A stretch of DNA of 64,000 bases, taken from the NCBI GenBank assembly GCA_013265495.1, contig MU061579.1:7230124-7294123 (forward strand), given 5' to 3'. Made by a program: the position numbers and the translations under genes. Below, piece after piece: positions 50,913-64,000 of the stretch (its first letter is position 1; each line of letters starts with the position of its first letter). The stretch is from Vicugna vicugna. Its lineage: Eukaryota. The notes beneath the pieces were generated by a model. That model did no database searches and was not told the DNA's origin. It saw only the letters and a program-made list of their open reading frames with translations.

Positions 50913-51049
50913 AAGGCCCTCATTTTTAAATGAATTGCATGCTGTTTGTAGGGAATATCCGCATGTTTCACCTGAAAAGACTGTTAAAATGCTGACTTGG
51001 CAATTCTGCACATGAAATGAGTTTTATTTTGAAAACCTAGCTTTAAACC

Positions 51050-51214
51050 TTTTTCTTTTAATTTTTTGTTTGTTTTTGTTTTTTTAAGGAGGGGGGAGTA
51101 ATTAGGTGTGTTTGTTTGTTTGTTTGTTTGTTGTTTAAGTGGCGATACTAGGGATTGACCCCAGGACCTCCGTCCTGCATGTTAAGCACGCACTCTACCA
51201 CTGAGCTATACCCC
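51050..51214 (-). mobile_element. tRNA-derived camelid SINE with (AAAC)n tail
   Basis: Reverse SINE head; flanked by CTAG(C/T)TTTAA. Confidence 0.85.
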
Positions 51215-52527
51215 ATCATCTAGTTTTAAGCAATATCCGACACCTCTTTTTTTCCTTCGGTGGTTGTTTTGTGTTGTGCTTTTACAGAGGAGAAGGAGGA
51301 GGCTGGAAAGAATTGAGGAAGCAGCAGAAGCATTCAGGCCATGCACGCATATAGCACAAACATGCAAAGGAAGACGAAGGAATGGCTACTCATTAGCCAT
51401 CTGCCACTTCGCCAATGCCAGGAAATTCCGGGCAGCCGTTTTTTATAACGTGAATAATTCACATGATTGTGTTGGAGCTTCCAGCTATGAAGAACTGTTA
51501 CAATATTTGAAAATTAGTGTTCCCAAGTTATATTGTGAGACAGAAAGCCTGGTGAATTCTTCAAACTTCCACCCGTCACAGGAATCTCAGAGAACCGCAT
51601 TATGTTTGTATATGCACGGGGGAGGAAGGCTTGGCATGTTACTGATACTGAAAAGAATTTGTTGTTTGTTTTTAACCCTACCTATCACGTGACGTTTTAT
51701 GTACAGGTTCTTTATACATTTTCCACCACTCAGCTGAACTCATCTGGCCAGTTAAGAAGGGTACTGGCATAATTGTGTCTATTCAGGAAACTGAAATTGA
51801 TTATTTTAAGTAACTCCCTCGCATCAAAATTTTGTAGAATTCATTTCTTAAATTTAATGACATGTAAATGAATTAGTCCCTTCAAATATTTACTCTAAAA
51901 GTAAATAGGCAATTCCTGAAGAATTCCTTGGATAATCGCTCATTTTCCACTAAAAACAAAATCTACATTTAATTAATAAGCTGTCTTGGCTTTCTCTTTA
52001 GGTAGATGAATCTACAATGAAAAAGTAAAAAAAAAAATAATAATAAATTTTAAAACTTCCTTTTACCAGTTGTGCTGTATGTGGAGCACATGCAGTTTCA
52101 CATAATAACAAAGACCATTTGAGAACAGTGAACATACTTCTAGATTTGGCTTCTCATCTTGTGACTTGAGCAAGACATTTCACTTCTCTTTGTCTTGGTT
52201 ATCTCTCTGTACGTCTGTTTCCTTATGGCTACAAAACGGAGAATACAGCAACCTGCTCCTCAGAGTGGTTGCAAGAAATAAAACTGGATCAAGCAATCAA
52301 ATATTTGAGCATGCCTTGCATGCTCTGTGTCTAGTTAAGAAAAATTCTGTGTTAAATAGATGCAACATGTATCCATGGACTCGCGAATATTCACAGGAGA
52401 TAAAATCAGTGAGAATAACTAGGAAAGGTTTCCTGGAAGTGTTATCCTTGATCTCAGCTTGAAGGATGGGCGGAAAACAGGATGAATAGCCCACAAAGAG
52501 GGGAGGGATTTCCAGGTTAAGATATTT

Positions 52528-52683
52528 AGGCAGCATCTACCAGGAATGAGTTAGAAATGCAAATTCTCCAGTCCCTTCCCAGACCTAGACCCTGGGGTGG
52601 GGGGAGGGGGAGGTAATCTACCTGTGCTGTGCCCAGCCTTCTAGTGAATTCTGACTCACGTGCAAGTGTGGGGACCACGGCTG
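52528..52683. mobile_element. MER5A-like MITE
   Basis: GTTAGAAATGCAAATTCTCCAG...GAATTCTGACTCACGTGCAAGTGTGGGACCAC. Confidence 0.65.
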
Positions 52684-53929
52684 CAGATCTGCTTGCTGTC
52701 ACCTCCTCTCTTCCACAACCACCTGTCCTCCACCTGACTAATGCTGACATTTTTATAACTGTAAGTTCAAACTTCATTTCCTCCAGAAAGCCTTGCTCAA
52801 CCTGTACGCTCATCCCACTCCCAGCCCCAGCTTAGGTCCTCTGGCCCTGTGCCATACTTTTCTTATCAAGGTACTAATGACACTTTATCATGATTGCTTG
52901 TTTAATCACCCCTGATAACCAGCGCTGGCTCCATAAAGGTACGGACTGTGTCTATTGTGTTCGCTTCACATCATCCTAGTGCCTTGCACATAGTTAAGGC
53001 ACTTGGCTAATACTTGCCGAATGAATAAATTAAAGAATTAACCTGAGAAACAAAGCTATAAAGGAAAGGTATAAAGTATTAATATGATATAGATATAAAA
53101 CTAACAGCTGCATTTGGAGTACTGGTTGCAAAAACACAACTGAATTTAGTTTGCATTTGGAAAGGGCTCATGAATGGATTTGTGTTTCGAAAACCTTTGC
53201 ACTGAAACTTTTCACAAACACTTTTCAAATACACCAACGACGCACCATATTCACCTGTTAAGGCAGTACTTTTGCTTACTTTTTATTGCCATTCTTTTTT
53301 TCTCCGTGACCAGATTCTCCACCTCAGGCATCTGGAGCAATATGGCTCATGGAGGTGGGCAGACAAAGTAGCCTCTTCCGAATTCAGGAGGGGAGTGAGA
53401 GAGGGGACTGACAGCTAAGGTCTGTAGATGATTCCGGAAAGCCTAAGTCTTTGCTTTATTATGAAGAAGACTCTCTAGCTGAGTCAGAACCACTGGGTTC
53501 CAGCTCCAGCTTTCTTCATTCATTCAAATGTTTAAGCATCTGCCTGTCCTGTGCTCGGACCTGAGCCTTGGACAGTGACCAAGACACACATGCGGGCCCT
53601 CCCTCACCAAACCTAACATTCTACTTCTCCACTGTGGCCGTTCCTGGTCCCCGCAGGCTACCAGACCTCTCAGGGCTCAGCATCGCCATCTGCAAAGGGC
53701 AGGCTTACTTAATTATAAGACGACCACTGAGTCCCCTCTGACTCTATGACTAAGAACAGTACAATTACTCTCAGAAGTTGGTTGGCCTAAGTCAGCGGAG
53801 AGACAACTTGAACCCAGAGGGAAGAGTCCTAGAGAGAGTAAAGAGCCCCCTTAAGCCCTGGCTGGGCCAGCTTGGCATCCTCATCTGTTAAAGAAGCTTT
53901 GAAGAGAGCGTCAGGGCTGACGCTACAGG

Positions 53930-54630
53930 ACTGTACCTCCTGGTCCCAGTATGTGCTTTCCTGGCACCACTGAGGCATTAACAATTCTGACACTTCCTGG
54001 AAGTATCGTCAGATCCCACCGCTTAAGGGCTCAGTCTCACAAGGATGCCAATCACAAGTCCAGGTTGTCACCTGTACTTATGGCCAACTGCCTACAGATT
54101 GGAGGCTCCAAGGACTCCCTCCCTGAGTTCAATTAATTTGCTAAAGTGGCTCACAGAGCTCAGGGAAACATTTTACTTACAAGATTACCAGTTTATTAGG
54201 AAAGGGTTAACAGCCAGATGGGAGAGAAGCATTGGGCAAGGTATGGGGAAAGGGTGCTGCTTCCATGCGCTCTGGGCGTCCTGCTCTCCACACATCTCCA
54301 CCGGTTCACCCACCAGGAAATTCAGCAAGTCTCCTTGCTCAAGCCTTTAAAGTGCTTAATCTGCAGCCCTCCCCCTGCCTCTTCCCCTTCCCAGAGGTGG
54401 GCAGGTGGGCGAGGCTGGAAGTTTCAGCCCTCTTCTCCCACCCTCCTTCAGGTGACCAGCCCCACCCTGAGGCTATCTGGGGGCACCACCCTAAGTCAAC
54501 TCATTAGCATACGCTCAAAAGGGGCTCCTTAGGAAAAAAGACAACGCCTTTCATTTAGGAAACTCCAAGGGTTTGAGGAGATTTGTGCCAGGAATTGAGG
54601 ACAAAGACTAAATATATTTCTTATTAAACA
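53930..54630 (-). mobile_element. Second MER21-like LTR
   Basis: Collinear similarity with 48650-49330 (e.g. TCACAGAGCTCAGGGAAACA..TTACTTAC, CAAGGGTTTGAGGAG, AAGACTAAATATATTT). Confidence 0.65.
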
Positions 54631-55377
54631 TACATTATTATATGTTATACATCATATATTATATATATTGCTATTATATATAGTATATATTTCTTACATT
54701 CTACTTCAACACAACAGTCACCAGTGAACAATGAGAAGATGAGTGTTGGTGACCCTGGATAATCAAAAAGGATGGCAAGTGGATAGTTACATCAATTCTA
54801 GGGGAAAACTGTCAAAACCTTGGGACTGTACCTACAGATCCACTGGCTAGAGAAAACCCAATTGGTCAATCTTTCCAAATTGTGCTAAAGAAACTGTCAC
54901 AGCCTACCCTTACAAAGGTAATGGCTTCCTCCCGTTTTCCTTCGTCTCCTTTGCCTAATTTTGGTAGCTAATGGCTCACAGCTCCACAAATTCCCTGCAT
55001 CCCAGGAGAACTCCCTGCCAGGCCCCCTGGTCCCTATTCCTCCTTCCCTGGGGCCTTGGCACTGCTCAAAGCTGCTTCCTCAACCTCCCCGCCCATTACA
55101 CACAGGACACACCGGCCTCAGGGGTCAGGGCAAGATGAGACAGGGAACACCTCAGGCAATGGCCCAGGACCTGAAAGGAAAACTCTGGAGCAGGTAGGAA
55201 CTTTGTCCCATCTGATAGCTGTGACAGGTTAGTACCTGGTTAAGGACAAAGTAAGAATAATATATTTGTTTAGTATTTACTATGCACAAAACATTGCACC
55301 ATGCACTCTCGTGGTTTTTTTGTGTGTATGTGAAATTTACTTTTTATTTATTTATTTGTTTTAGGTTATGCTGCCAA

Positions 55378-55485
55378 GCTTTTTTTTTTTAATTGAAGTA
55401 TAGTTGATTTAAAATGTTGTGTTTGTTTCTGGTGTACAGCATAGTGATTCAGTCATACATATTCTTTTCCATTACAGGTTATTAC
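55378..55485 (-). mobile_element. Short L1 3' tail
   Basis: T-run followed by AATTGAAGTATAGTTGATTT...GGTGTACAGCATAGTGATTCAG. Confidence 0.75.
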
Positions 55486-56160
55486 CACTCTCATGTTTGT
55501 ATCTCATGTAATTGTCACAAAAATTCCAATCAGGCAACTCTGCCATATTTTCTCCATAACCCAGAGGAGGAAAGTGGTCCAAAGACTTTTTTACCCTCTG
55601 AACAATATTAGCACTTTATTAGTGGTTGGAATACAGTCATACACAGGAGTGTGCAAACAAAATGTGGGGAGAGAGTTGGGAGAGCTGGCCACTATCTGGG
55701 ATACTAGGATGAGCAGACAAGAAGGCAAGAACCTTGGGGTACTGCAAAGGGAGGGACAGAAAATCCCCTGAGTTCAATAAGTCTGGCACAAGGATCCTCA
55801 AAGTGAGATAACTGGGCGCAGGAACTCAGTCTGGCTCAGGTACCCACCACCTTCTACCAGCCCTCCCGCCCCAAAAAGTCCCTTGGGTGGATTCTATTTC
55901 TTCTCTCCCTTACAAAGAAAGCTGTGTCAATAACTGGCAGAGGAAAGTAGTTTCCATTATAATAGGTACCCATCCCTAAAGCCACATAGAATACAGGAAT
56001 CCTCAGATTTGCCCAGGTATCTATTTAATCAGATCCCACACGAAAATACTAAGGGCCACTCATTTGACGAGTTCTCTCTCTCCCCTGGATACCTACTACT
56101 TTGAGCAGGTTTACATTCGCCTGCCCACAAACCAACAGATGAGTAATGGAAGAGGAAATG

Positions 56161-56470
56161 CAGGTCCATAATCCCTTATCTGAAAACTTGGAGGTCAGAT
56201 GTGCCTCAAAATTCAGACTTTGTAATTCTAGAAAGGTAACACAATGCATTTAGCACACATTATGTGACACTCAGAAATCAAACTCATTAATATTACTGCA
56301 GCCAAAACTTAGCAGTATTCAAACTAAGTGAGATAAATATACACTGCAGACTCCCACCTTGGTTCGGGCTAAGTTTTACCCACCAATGGAGTATGCAAAA
56401 AGCCTCAAAAAAACTGTTCTGGTTTTCAGAGCTTTTCAAATTTCAGAATTGTCCATAAACGATTACAAAT
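56161..56470. mobile_element. Tc1/mariner-Tigger-type MITE remnant
   Basis: Starts CAGGTCCATAATCCCTTATC; degenerate complementary end near 56450-56470. Confidence 0.5.
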
Positions 56471-59400
56471 GCATGCACATGGCTCAAACAGTAGAAGAAA
56501 ACAGTCTACATACAAGTGATCAAAGACATACAATCACGGTGCCCATTTTTGCCTTACAAATTAGCACATATGTTTTTCAGAGAAAATGCCAAAGGCGTGA
56601 GAAGTGAGTCCTTGGACTTGCTGTGAGAATGTAAACTGAGACAATGGTCAGACCTAAGACTGGTGTCATCACTGGCCTCAAAACATGAATAACTTTGACC
56701 CCAAAACTGCCTTTTCAGGAACCCAATTTCTATGGAATTCATCAATATCGAGACAAAGCTTTAGGCATAGATGTTCACTGAAACAAGGAGTTTTAAATTT
56801 TGATTACAAATAATTAACAAAAACTGAAATCTAAAATGGAGGACAGTGAAGTAAAATACAGAGACTCCATATACTGGAATTTTATGCAGTGGTTTTTTTG
56901 AGTGTATTGGGAAATGAAGACACCTTTAAGTATAACACGAGGTTAGAAATGCACGATACAAGGGTACGCTTGCACTGTGATCCTATCAAAGTGAAAAATA
57001 CAGACAGAGAGTGTATTTCACCAGAGTGAAATAGGCTGACAGTGGCAAGTACCTCTGAGTAATGAGATGAAAGGTGATTCTCTCCCCTTCCCTCTAAACT
57101 TTAAATCTTTTGGGGAATTTTCCAGAAACACCAAGAACACTGTATTTTAGCTAAGGAGAAATAAGAAAAAAAAGGTGTAGTTACTTAACTCCCAGTCAGT
57201 GGCAGCAAACTTAAGAATCTGAGGTGTCACTCTGGACTTTTATATATTTACAGTGACTCTATGATTGCAAAACCATTACCACCTCCAGAATGAACACATT
57301 TGTAGTCCACATTTAATAGATAGTTTGCTTGACATATAAGTCTAGTCCAATGCACATTTTGGGTAAGAAATGCAAGAAAAAAGTTACACAGGATAAAAGA
57401 CATATACCACCTTGCTGTTTGCCAACACCTTTCAGAAGCAACAGCTCATTTTATCCTGACTACGAGCCAGTAAGGCAGATAAAGACAGGCGGTGGCACAT
57501 ACCCATTTTATAGGTAAGAAAATAGAGGAAGAGAGGGCGACACTCTGGAAAGCGGCAGGGACACTTCAAGTCCAGGATTCTAACTTGGCACTTGGTGCTC
57601 TCCCCACTGTATCATGCCATTACCCTATTAATGGCTCGATAAATATCTTAGAATAAAAAGAAATTCCTCACTCTAAAGAAAAACTGAATGATTTAGTAAT
57701 AATAATGGGCTTTAGAAATGAATAGATCTGAGTCAAAATCAAAATTTAACTTACACACGTATGTGACTTTTTCAAGTTAATGTCTCAGGACTCAATTTCC
57801 TCATCTATAAATGGAGGGATAAAATCATATAGCTGACACAATATTGTAAGAGTTAAATGATCTGAGTACTTAGACCAGAGCCTGCTACAGAACAAGTGTA
57901 ATAAATGCTGCATTCTTTCCTCCAAAAAGAATACAACGCCTACAGTGTACTAACTGCAGATTCCAGGTAGCCACTCCAGACTCACTATTCTACCTGCTTT
58001 CAGCAGCCTAGCAAATCTTTACAGTTACCGAAGTGACTGCCCTGCAATTCTTAGAAACCACTCAACATATTAGTTTTAACCAATGACAATTTAAATCATT
58101 TTTTGTCAGTTTTAAATAACTTCTCTTTTGTCCCAATAGGTAATTAAACTTCAAAAATCAGAGGCAAACAATTCTTTAAAAAGTAACAACAAAATTTTTT
58201 CATTTCTATCACCTGGGGCTTTGGTCTCTCTCATTCAGATTTAACTACTGAAACTCCCAAATAGTTTGTTTAATTTATTTGAGGGTTGGGCAGGGAAGAT
58301 GGGGAATGACAGGCAGCTCTCAAATTTTTCATTTCCTCTTTAAATGAAATTTGGGCATGGAAGCCCAATCTCCAAGGGGTGCTTTCTCACAACATTCTGT
58401 CCACTGACTACGCATCCTGTAGACTTAGGAGCTGGGCAGCTACCTGGCCAAAGGAGAACCCAGAATTTAATAAAGCTTATCATTAGCATCTAAATGAGGA
58501 GTCAGGAGGCTGGATGGAAGCCCACAGAACCCCAGGAGAGAGCACTTGTCATTTCACCAGCCCCTGGTCATTTTCCACCCACTCCTTAACTCAAAGGCCA
58601 TGCCCACTGTCTGCAGAAAAACTAAGCCCTAAGTAACCAGAGAACTTATACATAAATAAGCCAAGACGTGGAAAATCATCCGTTCTGGTGCCTGCGGTAT
58701 ATAGTTTCAAAGGCTGCTACTAAGACAGAAACTTAATGAGATTCTTCGAGTAGGCAGGAAGTGAAAGAGACATTGCCACTACCTACTGTGATGTTAACTG
58801 ACCTTCTTTTCTCTGCTTCCCAACTTCTGATAACCACATGCTTACAGCTGTATGGTGTCCTAAACTTCCTATCTTAGAATCTCAACAAGACGGCTGCAGT
58901 TGATTTCTGTTCTATTTCCTCTCTGGGGAGCAGTGCAGTACAGGGGAAAGAGAATGAACTTTGGAATCAAGCAAACTAGGTTATCAAAGATAAAGATACA
59001 TGAACACACACTTGCACACACACACACACCCCTCCTAGGGGTTTTGCTTCTCGTACTGAATGCTAATTGATATACTAGCTATGTGATGCTGGGCCCATTG
59101 CTTAACCTCTCTGGGCCCCAGGTGCCTCACTGGAAATAAGAACTTCATAGAATTATGAGAAATAAGTGTAAAAATGAATATGAAGCGCCAAATTCAAAGT
59201 TTAACACATAGCAGGCATTCAACATTATTTCCCACCTTTCTCCCTACTTCTCTAAAACAGTCCCTACAAACATTAACACTGTTTTAGATTTCATGGGAAC
59301 CAGATGTTGGCTGTTCAGGGTATCTTCTTAAGAAATGGGTCTCAAGTCACACTGACACATTTGCACCCTGTATCCTTTCCTTTTTGGATACCTCATTCTT

Positions 59401-60539
59401 CTTAAGTGTAACTTTCATCAAAAAGGTTACTGTGCAATTAAGATGAGCACGTTCTTCATCACATTCCAGTCCTGAAAGCTGAATGTTGGTTCAAAGATCC
59501 ATCGAAACACAAACTGACTCTTAGGGTGGATTTCTCCTGCTGATGACTGATTACATGCATCATGAGCTGAATTTTTAGCAATTTTCCTCCCAGGTTAAGC
59601 TCTTCAAATTCTGGAGCAACTGACTCTAGCCCTCTAAGTACTGTCTACAACCTCGGGTCTAATTTGAACCTGATTATGCATCTACCTGTCTCAGCAATGA
59701 GACACAGGGTGAAAACCAAAATCCCCCATCCAATAATACATGTCACTAGCGGCCATTTCCTTGAGGTGGATGACTGAAGGAGATACGCGTCTGCTAACAA
59801 AGACTCAGGAGACAAGTTGGCCATCCTGTTCCCTTCCTAACATATTCTGGTTTCTGCGAAAAAGTGAAGCCCAAAGTGGTAAGTCAGTTTAAAAGCTGTG
59901 ATCTAGTGGCTTCTTCCCAGGAGTGAAGAGCAGTATGTGTGTTTTCATAGAGGAATAGTCATGGTTGGAAAGCTTCCAGTTACTTGCTTATTATTTGGAC
60001 CTGAAGAGGAGCTGCTCAAGCTTGGAAGAGCTTGCTGATGTAAGATTCCAGGATCTAGTAACCCCAATTGGCCAAGAAGGTGTACGTTTACTTTTTTTTT
60101 AACTACTGCTGTAAGATGGCAATTAAGAGGGGGACCAGTGGTAAGGAATCCCGGTGTCTACAGTCATCAAAACAAGAGTGTGAGAAAGGACTTCAGTGAA
60201 AGTTATACCTCCTCTTAGATTTCAATTAAAAACTCCTGCTCCAAGTTCATCACTGGGGACAGCATTTTATCATCTCTGCTGGTGGCTTCCTGCTCTAACC
60301 ACAGAAGGTTCCTTTTGTGGCGACAGGAATCAACTCAAAGAAAAAAAAAAAACGGGTAAGTTTACAAACGCACCTTCCCTTTTTCCAAGCCTGATTTATC
60401 CAGAATGTGTGAGGAGAAATCTGAAATCCCCAACCTGTTACAAGAATCCATCAACCACTAAAATAAATGAAAACTCGGAAGTAAACTGGAAACCCTCAAG
60501 GCTTTAAGATATTAAAAGAAAAAAAAAAAGGAGGGGGAG

Positions 60540-61620
60540 GGAGGCGGCGACAGTACACCCGGTCCCCTGTGTCACGATCTTCCGCTCGCGGGGCCCTTGA
60601 GGACAAGGGCAGGAAAGGGGTCCGCGGGGCTCCGAGGCGCTGGGCCCTGGCGGAAGCGCTCCCGAGGAAGGCAAGAGCAGGCCCGGTCCCTACACGCCAC
60701 ACAGCTCAGAGGTGGGGGCAGGAGGTAACAGGTCCTCTGAGGAGCGGGCTAGAGGAGGGAAGGCGGGAGCGGGGCAGGCGGGAAGGGAGGGACGGGAGCC
60801 ATCGCCACGCGCCGCGCCCGGCCGAGCCACCCACTGACAGCCAGATGTTCAGCGCCAGGATCCCGCGGCTGTGCCAGGACAAGGGCAGCTCGGGGCGCAG
60901 CAGCGCTGCCGTCCGGATCCCTCCACTCCTCCCGCGCGCCCTGGCCGCGACGGGGCACTCACCCGGGGCCACCAGAGGCGAACTCACGGCACCACCCACG
61001 AAGACAGCAGCAGCTAGGACAGCGGACCCCGGGAGTCCTCGCGGAGCCATCGCCGCGTCCCTTCGCCCCGGGGCGCTGCGCTCCGGATTCCAGTAGGGTG
61101 TGCAGCTCTGGAGCCCGCAGGCGGGCGGATTAGAAGAGCTCAGCCTCCGAGCGCTGCGCACCCAGCCGGGCCGTGGGCCCTCCCCTCAGACCCCACCCAC
61201 CTCGGCTCGGCCCAGCCCAGCCTCTCCGAGCCAAGTCCCGGGCCCCGCCTGCCCTGGAAGGAGGCCTATCCAGTGACCCCGCCCCCGGGCCCGCCCATCT
61301 CAGCCTGGTCCAGCCTCTCCCTTCATCACCCGCTTCCTTTCCAAGTCCGTCCGCCGCTCCAGTCGCCAGGGTTAGTCTATGGCCCCGCCCCTGGGCCCCG
61401 CCCGCCAGTCCTGGCCCCGCCCGCCAGCTCTAGCCCCGCCCTCCTCGGCCAGGCTCCTGCTGGCGGCTCGCGGTGCTTTCCCTAGACCCGCTGCACCGCA
61501 GCCACCCAGATAAGCGCGGGAGCCCGGGGTCCAGACAGGGTCGCTGGTGCTCGTCCTCCCGGGCGCTGGGACCAGGCGGACGTGGGAAGAGAAAAAGAGC
61601 CGGGCAGGAGGTTCTGGATG
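60540..61620 (-). promoter_or_regulatory. CpG-island promoter of RELL1 with clustered GC boxes
   Basis: Dense CpG; repeated CCCCGCCC/CCCGCC (GGGCGG on minus, Sp/KLF sites) at about 61243, 61277, 61290, 61383, 61396, 61415 and 61434; no TATA box seen. Confidence 0.9.
60963..61050 (-). CDS. RELL1: RELL1 coding exon 1 (start codon, signal-peptide region MAPRGLPGSAVLAAAVFVGGAVSSPLVAP)
   Basis: ATG at 61050-61048 in a strong Kozak context (GCGGCGATGG); 88 nt ending in phase 1 at G|GTGAGT (donor 60962-60957); peptide matches the RELL1 N-terminus as I recall it; lies in a CpG island. Confidence 0.97.
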
Positions 61621-64000
61621 GGCAGACATAGCCAGTATTGGAATGGGCACGATCTTTTTTCTCTGTTGGCATGTCTATTCATGCTGGCATGCCCCTCGGT
61701 GACTGGTCCAGGGAGGGGCGCAGCCGGGATATCAGGTTTCAGTGTTTGAAAATGAGAAAAGGCAAAAAGGCAAATTATTTTAATATCTTCCTATCTCCAC
61801 TTCCATTTAAGCTGTTCCTACTGGGGAAAACACACCTCTGCGTACATCCAGGAACAATTTTTTTTTTAAATCGTGTGTTCACATTTCTCCTAGCAAATAC
61901 TTCCACGAAGTAATCCTTCAAGTGCCCAGTCCCTTATTATCTTCTTGTCCTCAACAGTATCCTTAGTTCACAAGCCAGGGAGTAAACCCACAATGGCCAG
62001 GCCACCGTGATAAATTGAAATTAGCTTGCCTTCATTGTGTTTGCTCACTGCTGCGCCTTCTGCTCCTGGTTCAATGACAGCACTCACTAAGTTAGAGGTC
62101 ACAAGTGGTTTTTAAAGTTGAATCATCATCACAGGCACTGGTTGGACGCAGAGGAGTTCCCTCTTTAATGCCCTTTAGAGGCTCCTTCTGAAACAAGGTG
62201 GTCAGGCCTTGAACAAAGGCCTAAGAACACCAGCAAGGGTAGGGAGTGGGCACTGGAGTTTTTCACAGAAGCAGGCTCTTCCTTGGCCTGTCAGCCTCAG
62301 ATTCTCAAAGGAGGACTCTTTAATCTTTGAGTCCTCTGCACAGTCTACTAGACTCTCACAAACGTTTGCACTGAGGTGGGAATTCCCAATGACAGAAGCT
62401 CAGACCACTACAGATGGCTAGGGCTGCAGGTTTGAGCCTTTGCCCTTTGAACCCAAAGGCTGGCACTGTGTGCCCTGTGCACAGGTGTCCCCACATCCTG
62501 CAGTCTGGCAGGTAAGGCAGTTTTATGCCAACATAAAAAGAGAATGGCTACAGGGGAAAGAGGTCCATGTGGGTCTTGAACTCAAAAAAGGGGAAAGTCC
62601 TGAGCCCAGAAATTAAACTATAAATTATAAGTTGTAGTCAGAACCAGCTACATAATTTGCAGAGATCTATGTAAAATAAAAATGCAAGGCCTTTTGTTCA
62701 AAAATTAGGAATGTCAAGGTGGTGATGACCTGACATGGAAGCTATCTAAGCATGGGGCCCCGTGTACAGGTCACACACCTGTAAAGCCAGCTATGGAACT
62801 TGGAATGTACCAAAATTCTTGGACAAAGATACCTATTCAAAATGTAAAATATCATTTTTAAAATGAATGATGTTTCATTTTTTCCTACAAATTGAACTTA
62901 CTATTAAAAAGACAGGACCATTTTAAACAACCTATTCAAATTGGATGTCTGCTTATGGCTCTCCAGAAATAAAAATACAATCCAGTAATTAAAGCCAGAG
63001 GAAACCTTAGTAATTATCTAACACGCCCCTTATTTTACAGATGAGAGATAGTTAAGTGACTTGCCTGGTATCTCATTGCTAGTATGAGCCAGGGTTGGAA
63101 ACCAAGGCTCTAAAATTTCCCTTCTCAGACTTTTCCATAACACTTAGCTGCTTGACACACTCTCTACAGATATTTCACTGTCACACAATCTCATATACAT
63201 GCACATCTTATCAATGGAGGGAGGGACAAAGGAAAGAAGGAAGGAAGGAAAGAAAATCAAGTTTAAATTATTTTCCAGATACTTAACCCTACAGATTTGC
63301 TTACAAGATTAAAAAAGCCCCACATAGGCATATCTAAAAGCCATTGCTTATTGTTTTATTTTAAATGTGATCGAGGTTCTCATTCACATGAGGAAAAGGA
63401 TGTCATATTTCTTCTGAGGGAATTAAAATTTAAGATCACAAGACTAAATGATCTTCCCATTTTTTCAGAAATAAAGTTAAAGGATCATAGGTAGAAATAG
63501 TTGTAACATTAGCAATCCTTTATCTCCTAAATTTAGCCCAGCCCTGGGGCAAGCACTTTCCCTGTGTTCCTTCATCAAATCCTCAGTTGTATATCTTGGG
63601 AAGTATTGTCACTGATACTCACTTCAAAGCTGAGGAGACTAGAATTTGAGGGATTAAGGCACTCACCCAAGTCACACAGCTGTTCTGGGTGCTGCCAAGA
63701 CTCAAATCCAGGGTCAGCTCACTCCAGGCCTACCCTTGAACTTCTGTCTATATGCTTCTGCCTCTGAAATGCAGAATACTAGCCATTTAGCTCTCCTTTT
63801 CCATTATAAAGTTTTAATCTGTCATTTTTTTTTCTTACCCTGGCTTCTTTGAATTCTGTGTCAACACCTGCTTACATGCATTTTTTCAAGGAAAATTAGT
63901 TATTTATAGGAATGTGCTATAAATGTGAGTTCCCAGGAATCACATATACAAAATCATACAATTTTCATCAATTGTGTTTTGCTTTGTTTCTAGTTTCTCT

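Noticed and set aside
48542..54630. Two related same-orientation LTRs as the ends of one provirus
   Set aside because: They are strongly diverged from each other, and the ~4.6 kb between shows no gag/pol-like sequence or primer-binding site. Independent solo LTRs are more likely.
60569..61096. 175-aa plus-strand ORF and other CpG-island ORFs
   Set aside because: Low-complexity Arg/Pro/Ala/Gly content expected from GC-rich sequence; no recognisable homology.
60706..61161. 151-aa ORF suggesting an N-terminal extension or intron-1 read-through of RELL1
   Set aside because: It starts at a GTG in weak context upstream of a strong-Kozak ATG. The 3' part runs past a consensus donor into GC-rich intron, where stop codons are rare.
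1..64000. CRISPR arrays, operons, rRNA or prokaryotic defence systems
   Set aside because: The sequence is mammalian with spliceosomal introns; no regularly spaced repeat-spacer array or dense ORF cluster is present.

Overview
Mammalian genomic DNA, most likely a camelid (alpaca/llama/camel), judged from tRNA-derived Vic-1-type SINEs and camelid-type L1 3' tails. The window holds one complete gene on the minus strand, RELL1 (RELT-like 1). It has a CpG-island/GC-box promoter at about 60.5-61.6 kb and six coding exons (88+222+72+58+237+136 = 813 nt, 270 aa plus stop), all with GT-AG junctions. A splice donor lies 3 nt after the stop codon, and a probable ~2.95 kb non-coding terminal exon ends at an AATAAA at 597-602. 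The rest is intron filled with L1, MIR, SINE, LTR and DNA-transposon remnants; the other ORFs in the track look spurious. I see no clearly new multi-gene system. The best leads are (1) a 257-bp TSD-bounded element joining an L1 5' end directly to an L1 3' end, (2) a SINE-head/L1-tail chimera inside one 17-bp TSD, (3) inverted repeat pairs bracketing frame-symmetric exons and the 434-nt exon 4-6 block (circRNA or skipping architecture), and (4) a tailless U6 retrocopy and a twin-primed L1. Repeat family names come from recalled consensus similarity, not from a search, and repeat boundaries without TSDs are approximate.
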